In this document: one piece after another, positions 17,698 through 27,182 of the stretch
How the letters are laid out: each line of letters starts with the position of its first letter
How positions within the stretch are numbered: the first letter of the stretch is position 1
NCBI GenBank assembly: GCA_965221705.1
Contig: OZ244908.1
Location: 2,363,913-2,427,912 of the forward strand
Origin: Dehalococcoidia bacterium
GTDB taxonomy: Bacteria; Chloroflexota; Dehalococcoidia; Bin125
Length of the DNA stretch: 64,000 bases
Direction of reading: 5' to 3'
Translations under genes and position numbers: made by a program
The notes under the pieces: generated by a model
What the model was told of the DNA's origin: nothing
Databases searched by the model: none
The model's input: only the letters and a program-made list of their open reading frames with translations

Positions 17698-19227
17698 ATG
17701 GCTGACGGCGAGAACGCAGACAACGACAAGGCCAGACTCTGGGGCGGTCGCTTCGACGAAGCGCCCGATGCGCTCGTTCAGGCCTACACGTCGTCGATCC
17801 AGACCGACCTGCTGCTCTTCCGACACGACATCGACGGCTCGCGCGCGCACGCGCGCATGCTGGCCGCGCAAGGCGTCATCGCGTCGGCCGACGCCGAAGC
17901 GATCCTCCAAGGCCTCGACCAGGTCGAGTCGGAAATCGAGTCGGGCGGCTTTGAGATCAATCACGAGCTGGAGGACATCCACACGCACGTCGAGGCGCGC
18001 CTCAGCCAAATCATCGGCCCTGACATCGCCGGTCGATTGCACACTGCTCGCTCGCGCAATGACCAGGTGGCGCTCGATACGCGCATGTTCGTGCGCGACG
18101 CGATCGTCCAGTCAGTTGGCGCGGTTCGCGGATTGCAGGCCTCACTGGTCGAGCTGGCCGAGCGTAACATCGACGTCTACCTGCCCGGCTACACGCATCT
18201 GCAGCGCGCGCAGCCGGTGCTGCTGGCGCATCACCTGCTCGCCTATCTGGAGATGCTCGACCGCGACGCAGAGCGATTCGTCGACTCCTTCGCGCGGGCC
18301 GACATCATGCCGCTCGGCAGCGCCGCCTTGGCCGGCGCGGCCTATCCGCTCGACCGCCAAGCGGTCGCCGATGAACTGGGCTTCGAGAGCGTCTCGCGCA
18401 ACAGCATGGACGCCGTCTCGTCACGCGACTACATCGCCGAGTTTCTCTCCAACGCGGCGATCTGCATGGTCAACATCTCTCGACTGTGCGAGGACGTCAT
18501 CCTGTGGAGTTCGGCCGAGTTCGGCGTGCTCCAGTTCGGCGACGCGTTCACTACTGGCTCGTCGATCATGCCGCAGAAGCGCAATCCCGACATCGCCGAA
18601 CTGGCCCGCGGCCGCAGCGGCAAAGTCATCGGACACCTGACCGCGCTGTTGACCACGCTCAAGGGGCTGCCGTTGGCCTACAACAGAGACCTGCAGGAAG
18701 ACAAGTCAGGACTCTTCGACGCAACCGAGACGCTGATCGGGACGCTGCACGTGCTCGCGCGCGCGCTCCTGACCGCACGCGTCGACGCTGAGCGCGCGCG
18801 ATCGATGGTCGATCGCGATCCGGTAATCCTCGCGACCGACTATGCCGACTACATCACGCGCCGCGGCGTCCCGTTCCGAGAGGCGCATGGCGTCGTCGGG
18901 AGACTGGTCAAACTCTGCGAGCAGCGCGGCTGCGCGCTCTCTGACTTGACGCTCGAGGACCTGCAGGGAGAGCATCCGGCATTCGACGCCGACGCCGTTG
19001 GTATGACCGTTGCATCTGCGTTGGCCGCGCGAGACATCCCCGGCGGCACAGCGCCGACACAGGTACGCGCCGCGCTCGACGCGGCCAAAGACCGTCTGCA
19101 ACTGCGTCCCGCGACGCAGCCAGACGCTCAATCCTCAGCGCCGCAACCCACACTGGAAACGGGACTCAACCGCGCGCAGCGACGCGCCGCCGAGCGCGCC
19201 GCCGCCAAGCAGCGAGATCGACGATGA
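17698..19227 (+). CDS. argH: Argininosuccinate lyase with a basic C-terminal tail
   Basis: LWGGRF...HTARSRNDQV...GYTHLQRAQP...signature GSSIMPQKRNPD. An extra tail of about 45 aa ends NRAQRRAAERAAAKQRDRR. Confidence 0.95.
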   Translation: MADGENADNDKARLWGGRFDEAPDALVQAYTSSIQTDLLLFRHDIDGSRAHARMLAAQGVIASADAEAILQGLDQVESEIESGGFEINHELEDIHTHVEARLSQIIGPDIAGRLHTARSRNDQVALDTRMFVRDAIVQSVGAVRGLQASLVELAERNIDVYLPGYTHLQRAQPVLLAHHLLAYLEMLDRDAERFVDSFARADIMPLGSAALAGAAYPLDRQAVADELGFESVSRNSMDAVSSRDYIAEFLSNAAICMVNISRLCEDVILWSSAEFGVLQFGDAFTTGSSIMPQKRNPDIAELARGRSGKVIGHLTALLTTLKGLPLAYNRDLQEDKSGLFDATETLIGTLHVLARALLTARVDAERARSMVDRDPVILATDYADYITRRGVPFREAHGVVGRLVKLCEQRGCALSDLTLEDLQGEHPAFDADAVGMTVASALAARDIPGGTAPTQVRAALDAAKDRLQLRPATQPDAQSSAPQPTLETGLNRAQRRAAERAAAKQRDRR

Positions 19228-19907
19228 CGCGGCCGATCGCCATCGCGCCCTCGATCCTCAACGCCGACTGGACCCGACTCGGCGAACAGGTCGCCGAGGC
19301 TGAGGCGGCCGGCGTTGAATGGATATCGCTCGACGTGATGGACGGCCGCTTTGTGCCGCCGATCACGTTCGGCGCGCAGATGGCAGCCGCCGTACGCTCG
19401 CTGACCGACCTGCCGATCGAGGCGCATCTGATGGTCGAGCAACCCGAAGATCAACTCGACGCGTTCATCAATGCCGGTGTCAACTGCCTCACGATCCACG
19501 TCGAGGCGACGCGTCACCCTCACCGATTGCTGCAGCAGATCGCTGAGCGCGGCGTCGAAGCCGGCATCACCCTCAATCCAGGCACGCCGATGCGCGAGAT
19601 CGAGGCGGTCGTCCCGGTCTGCGACCGTGTGCAGATAATGAGCGTCAACCCCGGTTGGGGCGGACAGCGGTTCATTCCCGAGTCGCTCGATCGCATTCGC
19701 GAGGCGCGAGCGATGCTCGATGCCGCAGGGCGCCAACAAGCGACCGTCGCCGTCGACGGCGGCGTCAACGAGTCGACGATCGCGGAAATCGTCGAGGCCG
19801 GCGCCGACTGGCTGGTCGCCGGCTCAGCGGTCTACAACGATCGCGAGTCAGTCGCCGACGCAGTCAGGCGTCTCCGCCGCGCAATCTCCGCAGTCGCGAG
19901 CGCTTGA
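19224..19907 (+). CDS. rpe: Ribulose-phosphate 3-epimerase
   Basis: IAPSILNADW...LDVMDGRFVPPITFG...HLMV...VNPGWGGQRF...VDGG. ATG overlaps the argH stop (ATGA). Confidence 0.92.
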   Translation: MTRPIAIAPSILNADWTRLGEQVAEAEAAGVEWISLDVMDGRFVPPITFGAQMAAAVRSLTDLPIEAHLMVEQPEDQLDAFINAGVNCLTIHVEATRHPHRLLQQIAERGVEAGITLNPGTPMREIEAVVPVCDRVQIMSVNPGWGGQRFIPESLDRIREARAMLDAAGRQQATVAVDGGVNESTIAEIVEAGADWLVAGSAVYNDRESVADAVRRLRRAISAVASA

Positions 19908-19912
19908 GCCGG

Positions 19913-21046
19913 CTAGAGCGCCTTCTCATACACGCGGTACACCTTGTACACATCGGCGTCGGTGCGCTTGAGCGCGTGATTGAGCAGGTGGTTGTCCTCA
20001 AGCACCCAGCCCAGCTCCGCCCACTCGTAGCCGTGAGCTGCGCCGCGGACGTGGACTTCCGCCGTCAACATCACGCCCAACTGTGCGAACTCGCGCACCC
20101 GCCACTTCTGTCTCACGCCGAGCAGCATCACTCGACCGCTTTGCGGCCGTCGACGCAATCGCCAGAGCAGCTTCGCCCAGCCGAATGGAAACAGTCGACC
20201 ATTGATATCGCGGGCGCACTCGTTGAGATTGGGGATCGAAATCACCATCGCCGCCGGCTCACCGTCGATCTCGACGATGGCGGTCAGTCCCGGATCAGCG
20301 AACTGGACCAGGTCGGCGGCCAACGCGTCCGCCTCTTCAGGCGTGATGGGCACTGAGCCCCAGTTGTCGACCCAGGCCTCGTTGAAGATCTCGGCCGCGA
20401 TGCGCACGTCGCGGCGCAGCTGGCGCTTGTCGAACGGTCGCACGTTGACGCGCGGGTGATCGTGAATCCGCTGCCACGCCCGCTCACGTCGATCGCCCAG
20501 CGGCGCGTCGACCGGATAGCGGTAGGCCCACAGATCCTTGGCCTTGGCGTAGCCGTTGGCCTCGATCAGTTCAGGAAACCAACGCCGACCGTGCGGCATC
20601 GCCACCATTGGCGGCGTGTCGAACCCGTCGACCAAACATCCCGACTCGTCATTGATCGTGAAGCTGAACGGCCCGCGTGAGAACGACGCGCCGCGTTCGC
20701 GCAGCCAGCCTTCCGCAGAGTCGAACAGCGCCGCCGCCGCCTCGGCATCGTTGGTGCAGTCGAAGTGGCCGAAGAATCCGGCCGACTCGCCCCATTTGTC
20801 GTCGTGCAGCGGGTTGATCTGCGCCGAGATACGTCCGACGTCGCGACCGTCGCGCTCGGCGACGAACAGCTGCGCCTCGCCGTAACGCAGAAACGGCGTG
20901 CGCGTTGGGTCAAGGCGTTGCGCCTGGACGCGGCGCAAGGTCGGGATCCAGTGTGGATCGCCGTCGTACACCGTCCAGAGGACGTCGATGAATGGCGCAG
21001 CCTGAGGCCCGAATCCGACAGAGCGGACCCGGACCTCAGAGCTCAT
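19913..21046 (-). CDS. Hypothetical protein, possibly an acyl-CoA N-acyltransferase (GNAT-like) fold
   Basis: 377-aa ORF with good coding character. The region LFPFGWAKLLWRL...GVRQKWR...GYEWAELGWVLEDN recalls a widespread family usually annotated as N-acetyltransferase. The assignment is from memory only. Confidence 0.45.
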   Translation of the reverse strand: MSSEVRVRSVGFGPQAAPFIDVLWTVYDGDPHWIPTLRRVQAQRLDPTRTPFLRYGEAQLFVAERDGRDVGRISAQINPLHDDKWGESAGFFGHFDCTNDAEAAAALFDSAEGWLRERGASFSRGPFSFTINDESGCLVDGFDTPPMVAMPHGRRWFPELIEANGYAKAKDLWAYRYPVDAPLGDRRERAWQRIHDHPRVNVRPFDKRQLRRDVRIAAEIFNEAWVDNWGSVPITPEEADALAADLVQFADPGLTAIVEIDGEPAAMVISIPNLNECARDINGRLFPFGWAKLLWRLRRRPQSGRVMLLGVRQKWRVREFAQLGVMLTAEVHVRGAAHGYEWAELGWVLEDNHLLNHALKRTDADVYKVYRVYEKAL

Positions 21047-21094
21047 CGCGGTTTCTGTGATCAGCTGGCGCGCGTTATCCGCGCCGATGCTGCG

Positions 21095-21535
21095 TTACCA
21101 GCGCCGTCCGCGGTCGCCGCCGTAGTCTTCGCGCGAGCCGCGATCGTCGTAACGAGGCTCTCGGTAGCCGCCGCCACCGCCGCCTCCGCGACTCTCGCGA
21201 TAGCCGCCGTCGCGGTAGCCACCGCCTCCGCCACGGTCGTCGCGGTAGCCGCCGCCACCGCCACCGCGATATCCGCCGCCGCCGCCACCGCCGCCGCCTC
21301 GTGGTCGAGCTTCGTTGACGCGCAGCTGACGGCCGTCAAGGTCGTAGCCGTCCAGCGCGGAGATGGCGTTGCGGGCCTCTTCGTCGTCCATGTCGACGAA
21401 GCCAAAGCCTCGCGAGCGACCGCTGTCGCGGTCGACGGGAATCACGCAATCCTGAACTTCGCCATGCTCGGCGAACAGATCGCGCAGTTCCTCAGAGTTC
21501 GTGCGGAAGGGCAGGTTTCCAACGTAGATTCGCAT
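21095..21535 (-). CDS. RRM-type RNA-binding protein with a Gly/Arg/Tyr-rich (RGG-like) tail
   Basis: RNP2 IYVGNL and RNP1 RGFGFVDM are present. The C-terminus carries repeated YRGGGGGG / [10 protein letters not shown] units. Confidence 0.88.
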   Translation of the reverse strand: MRIYVGNLPFRTNSEELRDLFAEHGEVQDCVIPVDRDSGRSRGFGFVDMDDEEARNAISALDGYDLDGRQLRVNEARPRGGGGGGGGGYRGGGGGGYRDDRGGGGGYRDGGYRESRGGGGGGGYREPRYDDRGSREDYGGDRGRRW

Positions 21536-21689
21536 ATTCCTCGGTCTCGGTGTCTGCGCCGTCTCAATCGGTCGGCGTCCGTCTCGGGCAGTTCGTCAGG
21601 TGCGGATGCTTCATCCGCGGCTCTGGCTTGGGGGCGGGGCGTTGTTCCGATCCCGATCTGGCTCGCCCGGAATAGGTCCAGGTCGACCG

Positions 21690-21905
21690 CTAGGCGGCGA
21701 GCCGCTTCATCATCGTACGCAAACAGGCGGTACACACATTCAGCCGCTGAGTCTTGCCGTCGACAGTCACCTTGTGCCGATGCACATTCGGCTTGAATGT
21801 GCGAGACGTGCGAGGCGCCTTGCGCTTCCAGCGTCCTGAGTGCTTGTGGCGAATGTTGCGGCCGAACGTGGTCCGCTTTTCACAGAGGTCACACTTGCCG
21901 GCCAT
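21690..21905 (-). CDS. rpmB: 50S ribosomal protein L28
   Basis: MAGKCDLCEKRTTFGRNIRHKHSGRWKRKAPRTSRTFKPNVH... from ATG 21905. The track ORF adds 10 upstream codons. Confidence 0.9.
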   Translation of the reverse strand: MAGKCDLCEKRTTFGRNIRHKHSGRWKRKAPRTSRTFKPNVHRHKVTVDGKTQRLNVCTACLRTMMKRLAA

Positions 21906-21970
21906 CGCGTCGCCTTCAATCCGTCTCTCACGCACGCACCCGACGACACCGTCGCCGGTACGTGGCAGGT

Positions 21971-21998
21971 ATCATACCAGCACCTTCGCCGACGTCAG
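21971..21998 (-). promoter_or_regulatory. Candidate sigma70-type promoter for rpmB with an extended -10 element
   Basis: The minus strand reads CTGACG (21998..21993), a 16-nt spacer, then TGgTATGAT (21979..21971), about 65 nt upstream of the rpmB ATG. The -10 lies inside an 11-bp perfect palindrome, GGTATCATACC (21968-21978). Confidence 0.35.
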
Positions 21999-22044
21999 CG
22001 CAGTCGGCGACCGCGGTCCAGGCGCTCTATACGGGAGGCTACAG

Positions 22045-23634
22045 ATGACCGCCCTCAGCTCTGCCGACATGCGACGCATGATCCAGGGCGCGGCCGGTTG
22101 GGTCGCGCTGCATCGCGAGGCGCTCAACCAGATCAACGTCTTCCCCGTGCCCGACGGAGACACCGGCGCCAATCTCGGCCGCACCCTCGCAGCGGCGAGT
22201 CAAGCCGCCGAAGCCGATGCGTCAAACTCGGCCTATGACGTCGCCCAGACCGCCGCCTCGGCTGCGCTGATGGGCGGACGCGGCAGCTCAGGCGTGATCG
22301 GCGCGCAGTGGCTGCGCGGCTTCGCCGTCGGCATCGACGACGCAGCGGATCCGATCACCTCAGCCTTGACGACAGCCGCCGAAGCCGCCCGACAAGCCGT
22401 CGCCGAGCCCCGCGACGGCACCATGATCTCGGTCGCCGCTGACGTCGCCGACGCCGTCTGGAGGAATGACGCGGCCTCGAAGTCGCCACTGGAGCTCCTG
22501 CGCGTCGCCGTCGACGCCGCCTGGCGTTCGGTCGAGCGCACGCCCGAGCAGAACCCGGTGCTCAAAGACGCCGGCGTCGTCGACGCAGGCGCGCGCGGAC
22601 TCGAGTTCATGCTGCGCGGCATGGCCGGCGCTCTGGCCGGCGAAGCAATCCCCGACGTCCCCGACGAACTCGGCGCCATCGACCCCAACTGGCTCGCTCG
22701 ACGCCTCGACGCGGGCGGCGACGTCGACGGCTTCTGCACCGAACTGGTCGTCGCCGGCGTCGATGACCTCGACGGTCTGCGCGAGGTCCTGGCCGGCGAT
22801 GACGAGACCGTCATGCTCGCGCCCGACGGCGACGACCTGCGCATCCACTTACACACGCTCGAACCGGCCGATACCTACGCCGCCGCCGAGGCGGCAGGTC
22901 GAATCCGCCTCTTCCGCGCCGTCGACATGCGCGCCCAGGCGGCGCGAACGCACGAGGCGACCACCGATCCCGCCGTCATCGCCGTGGCCCAAGGCAGCGG
23001 ATTCGTGCGCGTCTTCACCGAGCTCGGCGCGGCCGCGATCATTTCCGGCGGCGCGGCCGACAATCCCTCAGTCGAAATGCTCAACTCGGCCGCCGAGTCG
23101 GTCAAGGGCGAGCACGTCATCGTCCTGCCCAACAACCACAACGTCACACCCGCCGCCCAACGAGCCGGCGAGCTCGCCGCGCAAGCCGACGAGGCGCAAC
23201 GGTTTCACATCGTCGATACCGACAGTCAAGCCGAAGGCGTCGCCGCCCTCGCCTCGATCATCGGCGGCGTGCCGACTGAAGATGTCGTCGCCGAAATGCA
23301 GGACGCGCTCGAAGCCGTGCGCATCGGACGCGTCACGCATGCCGCGCGATCGCTCGACGGCGACCTGCCGATCAGCGAAGGCCAGCCGTTCGCCATGCTC
23401 GACGGCGACATCGTCGCCGCCGGCGACACGATCGACGGAGTCGCGCTGAGCTTGGCGACGCGCATGGCCGACTCGCTGAGCGGCGCGTCGCTCTTCACGA
23501 TCTACATCGGCGCCGACGTCTCCGAGGATCGCGCCGACGCGTTGGCCGAATCGATCGAAGAAGCCAGCGGCCTCGAGGTCGACCTCGTCGACGGCGGCCA
23601 GCCGCACTATCCGTGGTTGCTGGCGCTCGAGTAA
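22045..23634 (+). CDS. DAK2-domain protein YloV / fatty-acid kinase FakA-like
   Basis: LNQINVFPVPDGDTGANL...GGRGSSGVI. Classic position divergent from rpmB and upstream of a DegV gene and recG. ATG 22045 is preceded by GGGAGG (22033-22038). Confidence 0.85.
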   Translation: MTALSSADMRRMIQGAAGWVALHREALNQINVFPVPDGDTGANLGRTLAAASQAAEADASNSAYDVAQTAASAALMGGRGSSGVIGAQWLRGFAVGIDDAADPITSALTTAAEAARQAVAEPRDGTMISVAADVADAVWRNDAASKSPLELLRVAVDAAWRSVERTPEQNPVLKDAGVVDAGARGLEFMLRGMAGALAGEAIPDVPDELGAIDPNWLARRLDAGGDVDGFCTELVVAGVDDLDGLREVLAGDDETVMLAPDGDDLRIHLHTLEPADTYAAAEAAGRIRLFRAVDMRAQAARTHEATTDPAVIAVAQGSGFVRVFTELGAAAIISGGAADNPSVEMLNSAAESVKGEHVIVLPNNHNVTPAAQRAGELAAQADEAQRFHIVDTDSQAEGVAALASIIGGVPTEDVVAEMQDALEAVRIGRVTHAARSLDGDLPISEGQPFAMLDGDIVAAGDTIDGVALSLATRMADSLSGASLFTIYIGADVSEDRADALAESIEEASGLEVDLVDGGQPHYPWLLALE

Positions 23635-23686
23635 CGCCGCCGCCTCGGACTCGACGCCGTTGTCGGCTCAGTGTAAGGTAGAACAT

Positions 23687-24535
23687 ATGTCTATCCGAAT
23701 CCTCACCGACTCCGCCTGCGACCTCGAACAAGGCGAAGTCGACGGCATTCACATCGTGCCGCTGCACTTGCACTTCGGCGATCAGCAGTACAACGACGGC
23801 GTCGACCTGACCAAAGCCGAGTTCTGGCAGCGACTGGACGGCGTGCTCGCCGATGGCGTCGACCTGCCGACCACATCGCAACCCGCGCCCGGCGTCTTCC
23901 GCGACGCCTACCAAAGCCTCATCGACGACGGCGCAACAGGTATCGTCGCCGTGCATCTGAGCGGCAAGCTCTCGGGCACGCTCAACGCGTCCATGCAAGG
24001 CGCCTCGCTGCTCGACAACGCGCCGCCCATCGAGTTCGTCGACACGCAATCAGCCTCGCTCGGGATCGCCTGGTCGGCCGAGGCCGCGCTCGACGCCGTC
24101 CGCGGCGGCGCGACCATTGCCGATGCCGCCGAACGCGCGCGCGACACCGCCGCACGCTCGCGCACGGTGCTCTTTGTCGAAACGCTCGATCACCTGCTGC
24201 GCGGCGGACGCATCGGTCGGGCGCGCCACCTGGCTGGTCGACTGCTGCGCATGCGACCGCTGCTCGAACTGGTCGACGGCGAGATCGCCGATGTCGAGCG
24301 TCCCCGCACGCGCAAGAAAGCGCTCGATCGACTCTTTGCCCAGATCATGGCCGATGGACCACCCGAACGCGTCGAAATCCTCCACGGCCAGGCTGAAACC
24401 GACGCTCTCGAGCTGGCGCAGCGCGTGAGCGAGGCCTGCGACGGGATGCCGGTCGCGATTCGGCTCTCCAGTCCTGTCCTCGGAGCCCACATCGGGCCGG
24501 GCACGGTCGGCGCGTCTCTGCTCCGAAGAGCCTGA
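23687..24535 (+). CDS. DegV family fatty-acid-binding protein (FakB-like)
   Basis: MSIRILTDSACDL...TTSQPAPGVF...VHLSGKLSGT...VLGAHIGPG. Confidence 0.85.
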   Translation: MSIRILTDSACDLEQGEVDGIHIVPLHLHFGDQQYNDGVDLTKAEFWQRLDGVLADGVDLPTTSQPAPGVFRDAYQSLIDDGATGIVAVHLSGKLSGTLNASMQGASLLDNAPPIEFVDTQSASLGIAWSAEAALDAVRGGATIADAAERARDTAARSRTVLFVETLDHLLRGGRIGRARHLAGRLLRMRPLLELVDGEIADVERPRTRKKALDRLFAQIMADGPPERVEILHGQAETDALELAQRVSEACDGMPVAIRLSSPVLGAHIGPGTVGASLLRRA

Positions 24536-24550
24536 TCGCTCGGCGACACG

Positions 24551-27055
24551 TTGATGCCCAGTCTCGACCGTCCGACGCAGACCCTGCAGAAGATGCTCGA
24601 GCTGGAGGCCAAACTTGGCTTCGAGGATCGCGCCGTCGCCGGCGGCCTCGATTCCTACCTGCGCAACATGCTCGCCGACGGCGAGCAGCGCCAGTTCTTT
24701 ACCCGCATCGTCGCCGCCTTGCCTCGACAGGGGTACGCCGAGCTGTCGCCCGCCGAGCGCGAACGATGGGCCCAGAGCGTGCGCGAGGCCCTCACGCCAG
24801 GAGCGTCGCCACGACACGCGCGCAGCGCCCACGCGCCGCACACCGACGTCGACGATGCGCCCGCGCCTTCGCCTCGGCGGTCGCGCTCCGCCCGCCGTCG
24901 CCCCGTGCCAACCGGCGCCGACGGTGATCCGCTCTCGTCCGATGTCTCCGTGCTCGGACGGATTCCGCCAATCTCACGAAAAGCGCTCACGACCCTTGGC
25001 ATCGAGACGGTTTACGACCTGCTCTGGCACCTCCCCCGACGCTACGAGGACTGGCGCAACGTTCGCACGATCGCCGATGCCCTCGAAGGCGTCGAGCTGA
25101 CGATTGTCGCCGAGATCGCCAAGATCGACCTCAAACACCTCCGAGGAGGCCGCAAGGCGACCGAGGCGATCGTCCGCGACGGCAGCGGCAGCCTGCGCGT
25201 CTGGTGGTGGTCGCAGCCCTATCTCAGTCGATCGCTGCAACCAGGCATGCGCGTCGGGCTGTCGGGCAAGGTCACGATCCGCGGACGCCACCTGCAGATG
25301 GAGTCGCCCGAGTGGGAACGACTCGACGATCCCAACGACGACACCGTGCACGTCGGTCGCCTCTCGCCGGTCTATCCGCGCAGCAGCGGACTGCCCAATC
25401 GCACGATTCGCCGACTCGCGCACGCGGCGGTGCGCGACTATCTGCCGCTGTTGGCAGAATCGCTGCCGCCGCAAGTCGTCACCGAAGAGCGCTTCCCCTC
25501 CGAGGCCGACGCGCTGCGCATGGTCCACTTTCCCGAGCGCATGGAAGACGTCGACGCGGCCAAGGATCGGATCGCGTTTCAGGAGCTGCTCTCGATCCAA
25601 CTCGCCGTCCTCGCGCGCAAACGCGAGGCTCGACTGCGCGCCGACGCGCCGCCAATCCCCATGCCCGGCGAGTTTCTCGACCAGTTCCTCAGCGCCCTGC
25701 CGTTCGAGCTCACGGCCGCGCAACAGCGAGTCCTGACCGAGATTCGCGGCGACATGCATCGCCGCGAGCCCATGGCGCGACTGCTGCAAGGCGACGTCGG
25801 CTCGGGCAAGACCGTCGTCGCCGCAGCCGCGATGCTCGCCGCCGTGCGCCAAGGTCACCAGACCGTTCTGATGGCGCCGACCGAAGTGCTCGCCGCGCAA
25901 CACTTCGAGACCTTCCAGCGCCTCTTCGCGGGCGACGCGCGCACTAGCGGCGATCATCTCTGGCACGACTACAGCCTCGCGCCGGCGCTCGGGCGGCCAG
26001 TGCGCATGGCGCTCCTCACTGGCAGTCTGCGCGCCGCGCGCAAACGAGAGATCCATGAGCAGATGGCGAGCGGCGGTCTCGACCTCGTCGTCGGCACGCA
26101 CGCGCTGATCCAGGAGGGCGCCAGTCTCGACAATCTCGGTCTCGCCGTCGTCGACGAGCAGCACCGCTTCGGCGTCCTCCAACGCGACGCCTTGCGCAGC
26201 AAGGGTCGCAGCCCGCACCTGTTGGTCATGACCGCCACGCCGATCCCGCGCACGCTGGCCTTGACCGTCTACGGCGAGCTCGATTCGTCGGTCATCGACG
26301 AGCTCCCGCCCGGTCGGCAACGCATCCGCACGCAAGTCGTCGAGCCGTCGCAGCGCGAGGAGATTGTCTACCAGCGAATCCGCGAGGAAGCGCGCCACGG
26401 CCGTCAGTCCTTCGTCATCTGCCCGCTCGTTGAAGAGTCCGACAAACTCGAGACAGAAGCCGCGACCGAGCAGTTCGAGTACCTGCGCACAGGTCCGTTG
26501 CGCGAGCTGGCGCCGCGCATCCGTCTGCTCCATGGACGCATGTCATCGGAGCAGAAACGCGAGGTCATGGCTGACCTCACGCGCGGCGACGCCGATGTCT
26601 TGGTCTCGACGATCGTGGTCGAAGTCGGCGTCGACCTGCCGCGCGCCACGGTCATGGTCATCGAAGGCGCAGAGCGATTCGGCCTGGCTCAGCTGCATCA
26701 GCTGCGCGGTCGTGTCGGCCGCAGCGACATGGAGTCAGTCTGCTATCTGATCAGCGACACGGACAGCGAGCAGAGCCAGCGCCGACTCGATCTGATGGTG
26801 CAAACGTCAAACGGGTTCGAGTTGGCCGAGGCGGACCTCGAGATGCGTGGTCCGGGCGAGTACTTTGGCACCCGTCAGTCAGGATTGCCCGAGCTGCGCG
26901 TGGCAAAGCTGACTGACCATCGCACGCTCACCCTGGCGCGAAACTGGGCCCACCGCATCCTCGAAGACGACCCGCACTTGCGCGCGCCCGAGCATCGACT
27001 GCTGCGCGCGCGCGCCGAGAGCCTCAATGTGTCGGGGGCGACGGCCGTGCACTGA
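24551..27055 (+). CDS. recG: ATP-dependent DNA helicase RecG with an N-terminal extension of about 135 aa
   Basis: Wedge region LLWHLPRRYEDW, Walker A GDVGSGKT, DEQHRFG, QLHQLRGRVGR. TTG 24551 and ATG 24554 are adjacent candidate starts. Confidence 0.9.
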   Translation: MMPSLDRPTQTLQKMLELEAKLGFEDRAVAGGLDSYLRNMLADGEQRQFFTRIVAALPRQGYAELSPAERERWAQSVREALTPGASPRHARSAHAPHTDVDDAPAPSPRRSRSARRRPVPTGADGDPLSSDVSVLGRIPPISRKALTTLGIETVYDLLWHLPRRYEDWRNVRTIADALEGVELTIVAEIAKIDLKHLRGGRKATEAIVRDGSGSLRVWWWSQPYLSRSLQPGMRVGLSGKVTIRGRHLQMESPEWERLDDPNDDTVHVGRLSPVYPRSSGLPNRTIRRLAHAAVRDYLPLLAESLPPQVVTEERFPSEADALRMVHFPERMEDVDAAKDRIAFQELLSIQLAVLARKREARLRADAPPIPMPGEFLDQFLSALPFELTAAQQRVLTEIRGDMHRREPMARLLQGDVGSGKTVVAAAAMLAAVRQGHQTVLMAPTEVLAAQHFETFQRLFAGDARTSGDHLWHDYSLAPALGRPVRMALLTGSLRAARKREIHEQMASGGLDLVVGTHALIQEGASLDNLGLAVVDEQHRFGVLQRDALRSKGRSPHLLVMTATPIPRTLALTVYGELDSSVIDELPPGRQRIRTQVVEPSQREEIVYQRIREEARHGRQSFVICPLVEESDKLETEAATEQFEYLRTGPLRELAPRIRLLHGRMSSEQKREVMADLTRGDADVLVSTIVVEVGVDLPRATVMVIEGAERFGLAQLHQLRGRVGRSDMESVCYLISDTDSEQSQRRLDLMVQTSNGFELAEADLEMRGPGEYFGTRQSGLPELRVAKLTDHRTLTLARNWAHRILEDDPHLRAPEHRLLRARAESLNVSGATAVH

Positions 27056-27182
27056 AGGCGGTCACAGCGTCCGACTCCACCGTTCACGCCCGAGGCCCAA
27101 CTATCCGGATACGCACTATCCTTCATCTTTGGCGACCCCCAAGCGACCGTTGACTGCATTTGCAGAGGAGTGTGACGTCGAG

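Noticed and set aside
21130-21310. Periodic G-rich repeats (GGCGGCGGTGGC...) that might look like a CRISPR array, VNTR or G-quadruplex array
   Set aside because: They are in frame within the RRM protein gene and encode its [11 protein letters not shown] tail. There is no repeat-spacer architecture, and the G runs are mostly GG rather than GGG.
21754-22044. 5-prime extensions of track ORFs (YloV from 21754, amidohydrolase from 50238, RDD from 40735, membrane protein from 41352, argJ from 7731, D-aminoacylase from 1738, pyk from 58871, argS from 27027)
   Set aside because: The extensions overlap neighbouring real genes or encode Arg/Pro-rich nonsense. In each case an internal ATG or GTG is present, with a Shine-Dalgarno sequence or a 4-nt stop-start overlap, exactly where the conserved N-terminus of the family begins.
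24974-26533. Long antisense ORFs opposite recG (519 aa). Similar ones lie opposite PBP1A (38181..39626), acyl-CoA dehydrogenase (42546..43583), the hydrolase (44575..45888), LLM (52859..54376), gatA (34973..36274), the RRM/GNAT genes (20765..21796) and the amidohydrolase (50844..51689)
   Set aside because: All lie wholly inside genes with strong family motifs on the other strand. Their products are Arg/Gly/Ala/Asp-rich with no recognisable domains. They are GC-driven shadow ORFs.
27056-27182. T-box or other leader riboswitch upstream of argS (127 nt) and trpS (28866-28937, 72 nt)
   Set aside because: Both spacers are too short for a T-box leader, and I saw no T-box consensus or terminator/antiterminator pair.
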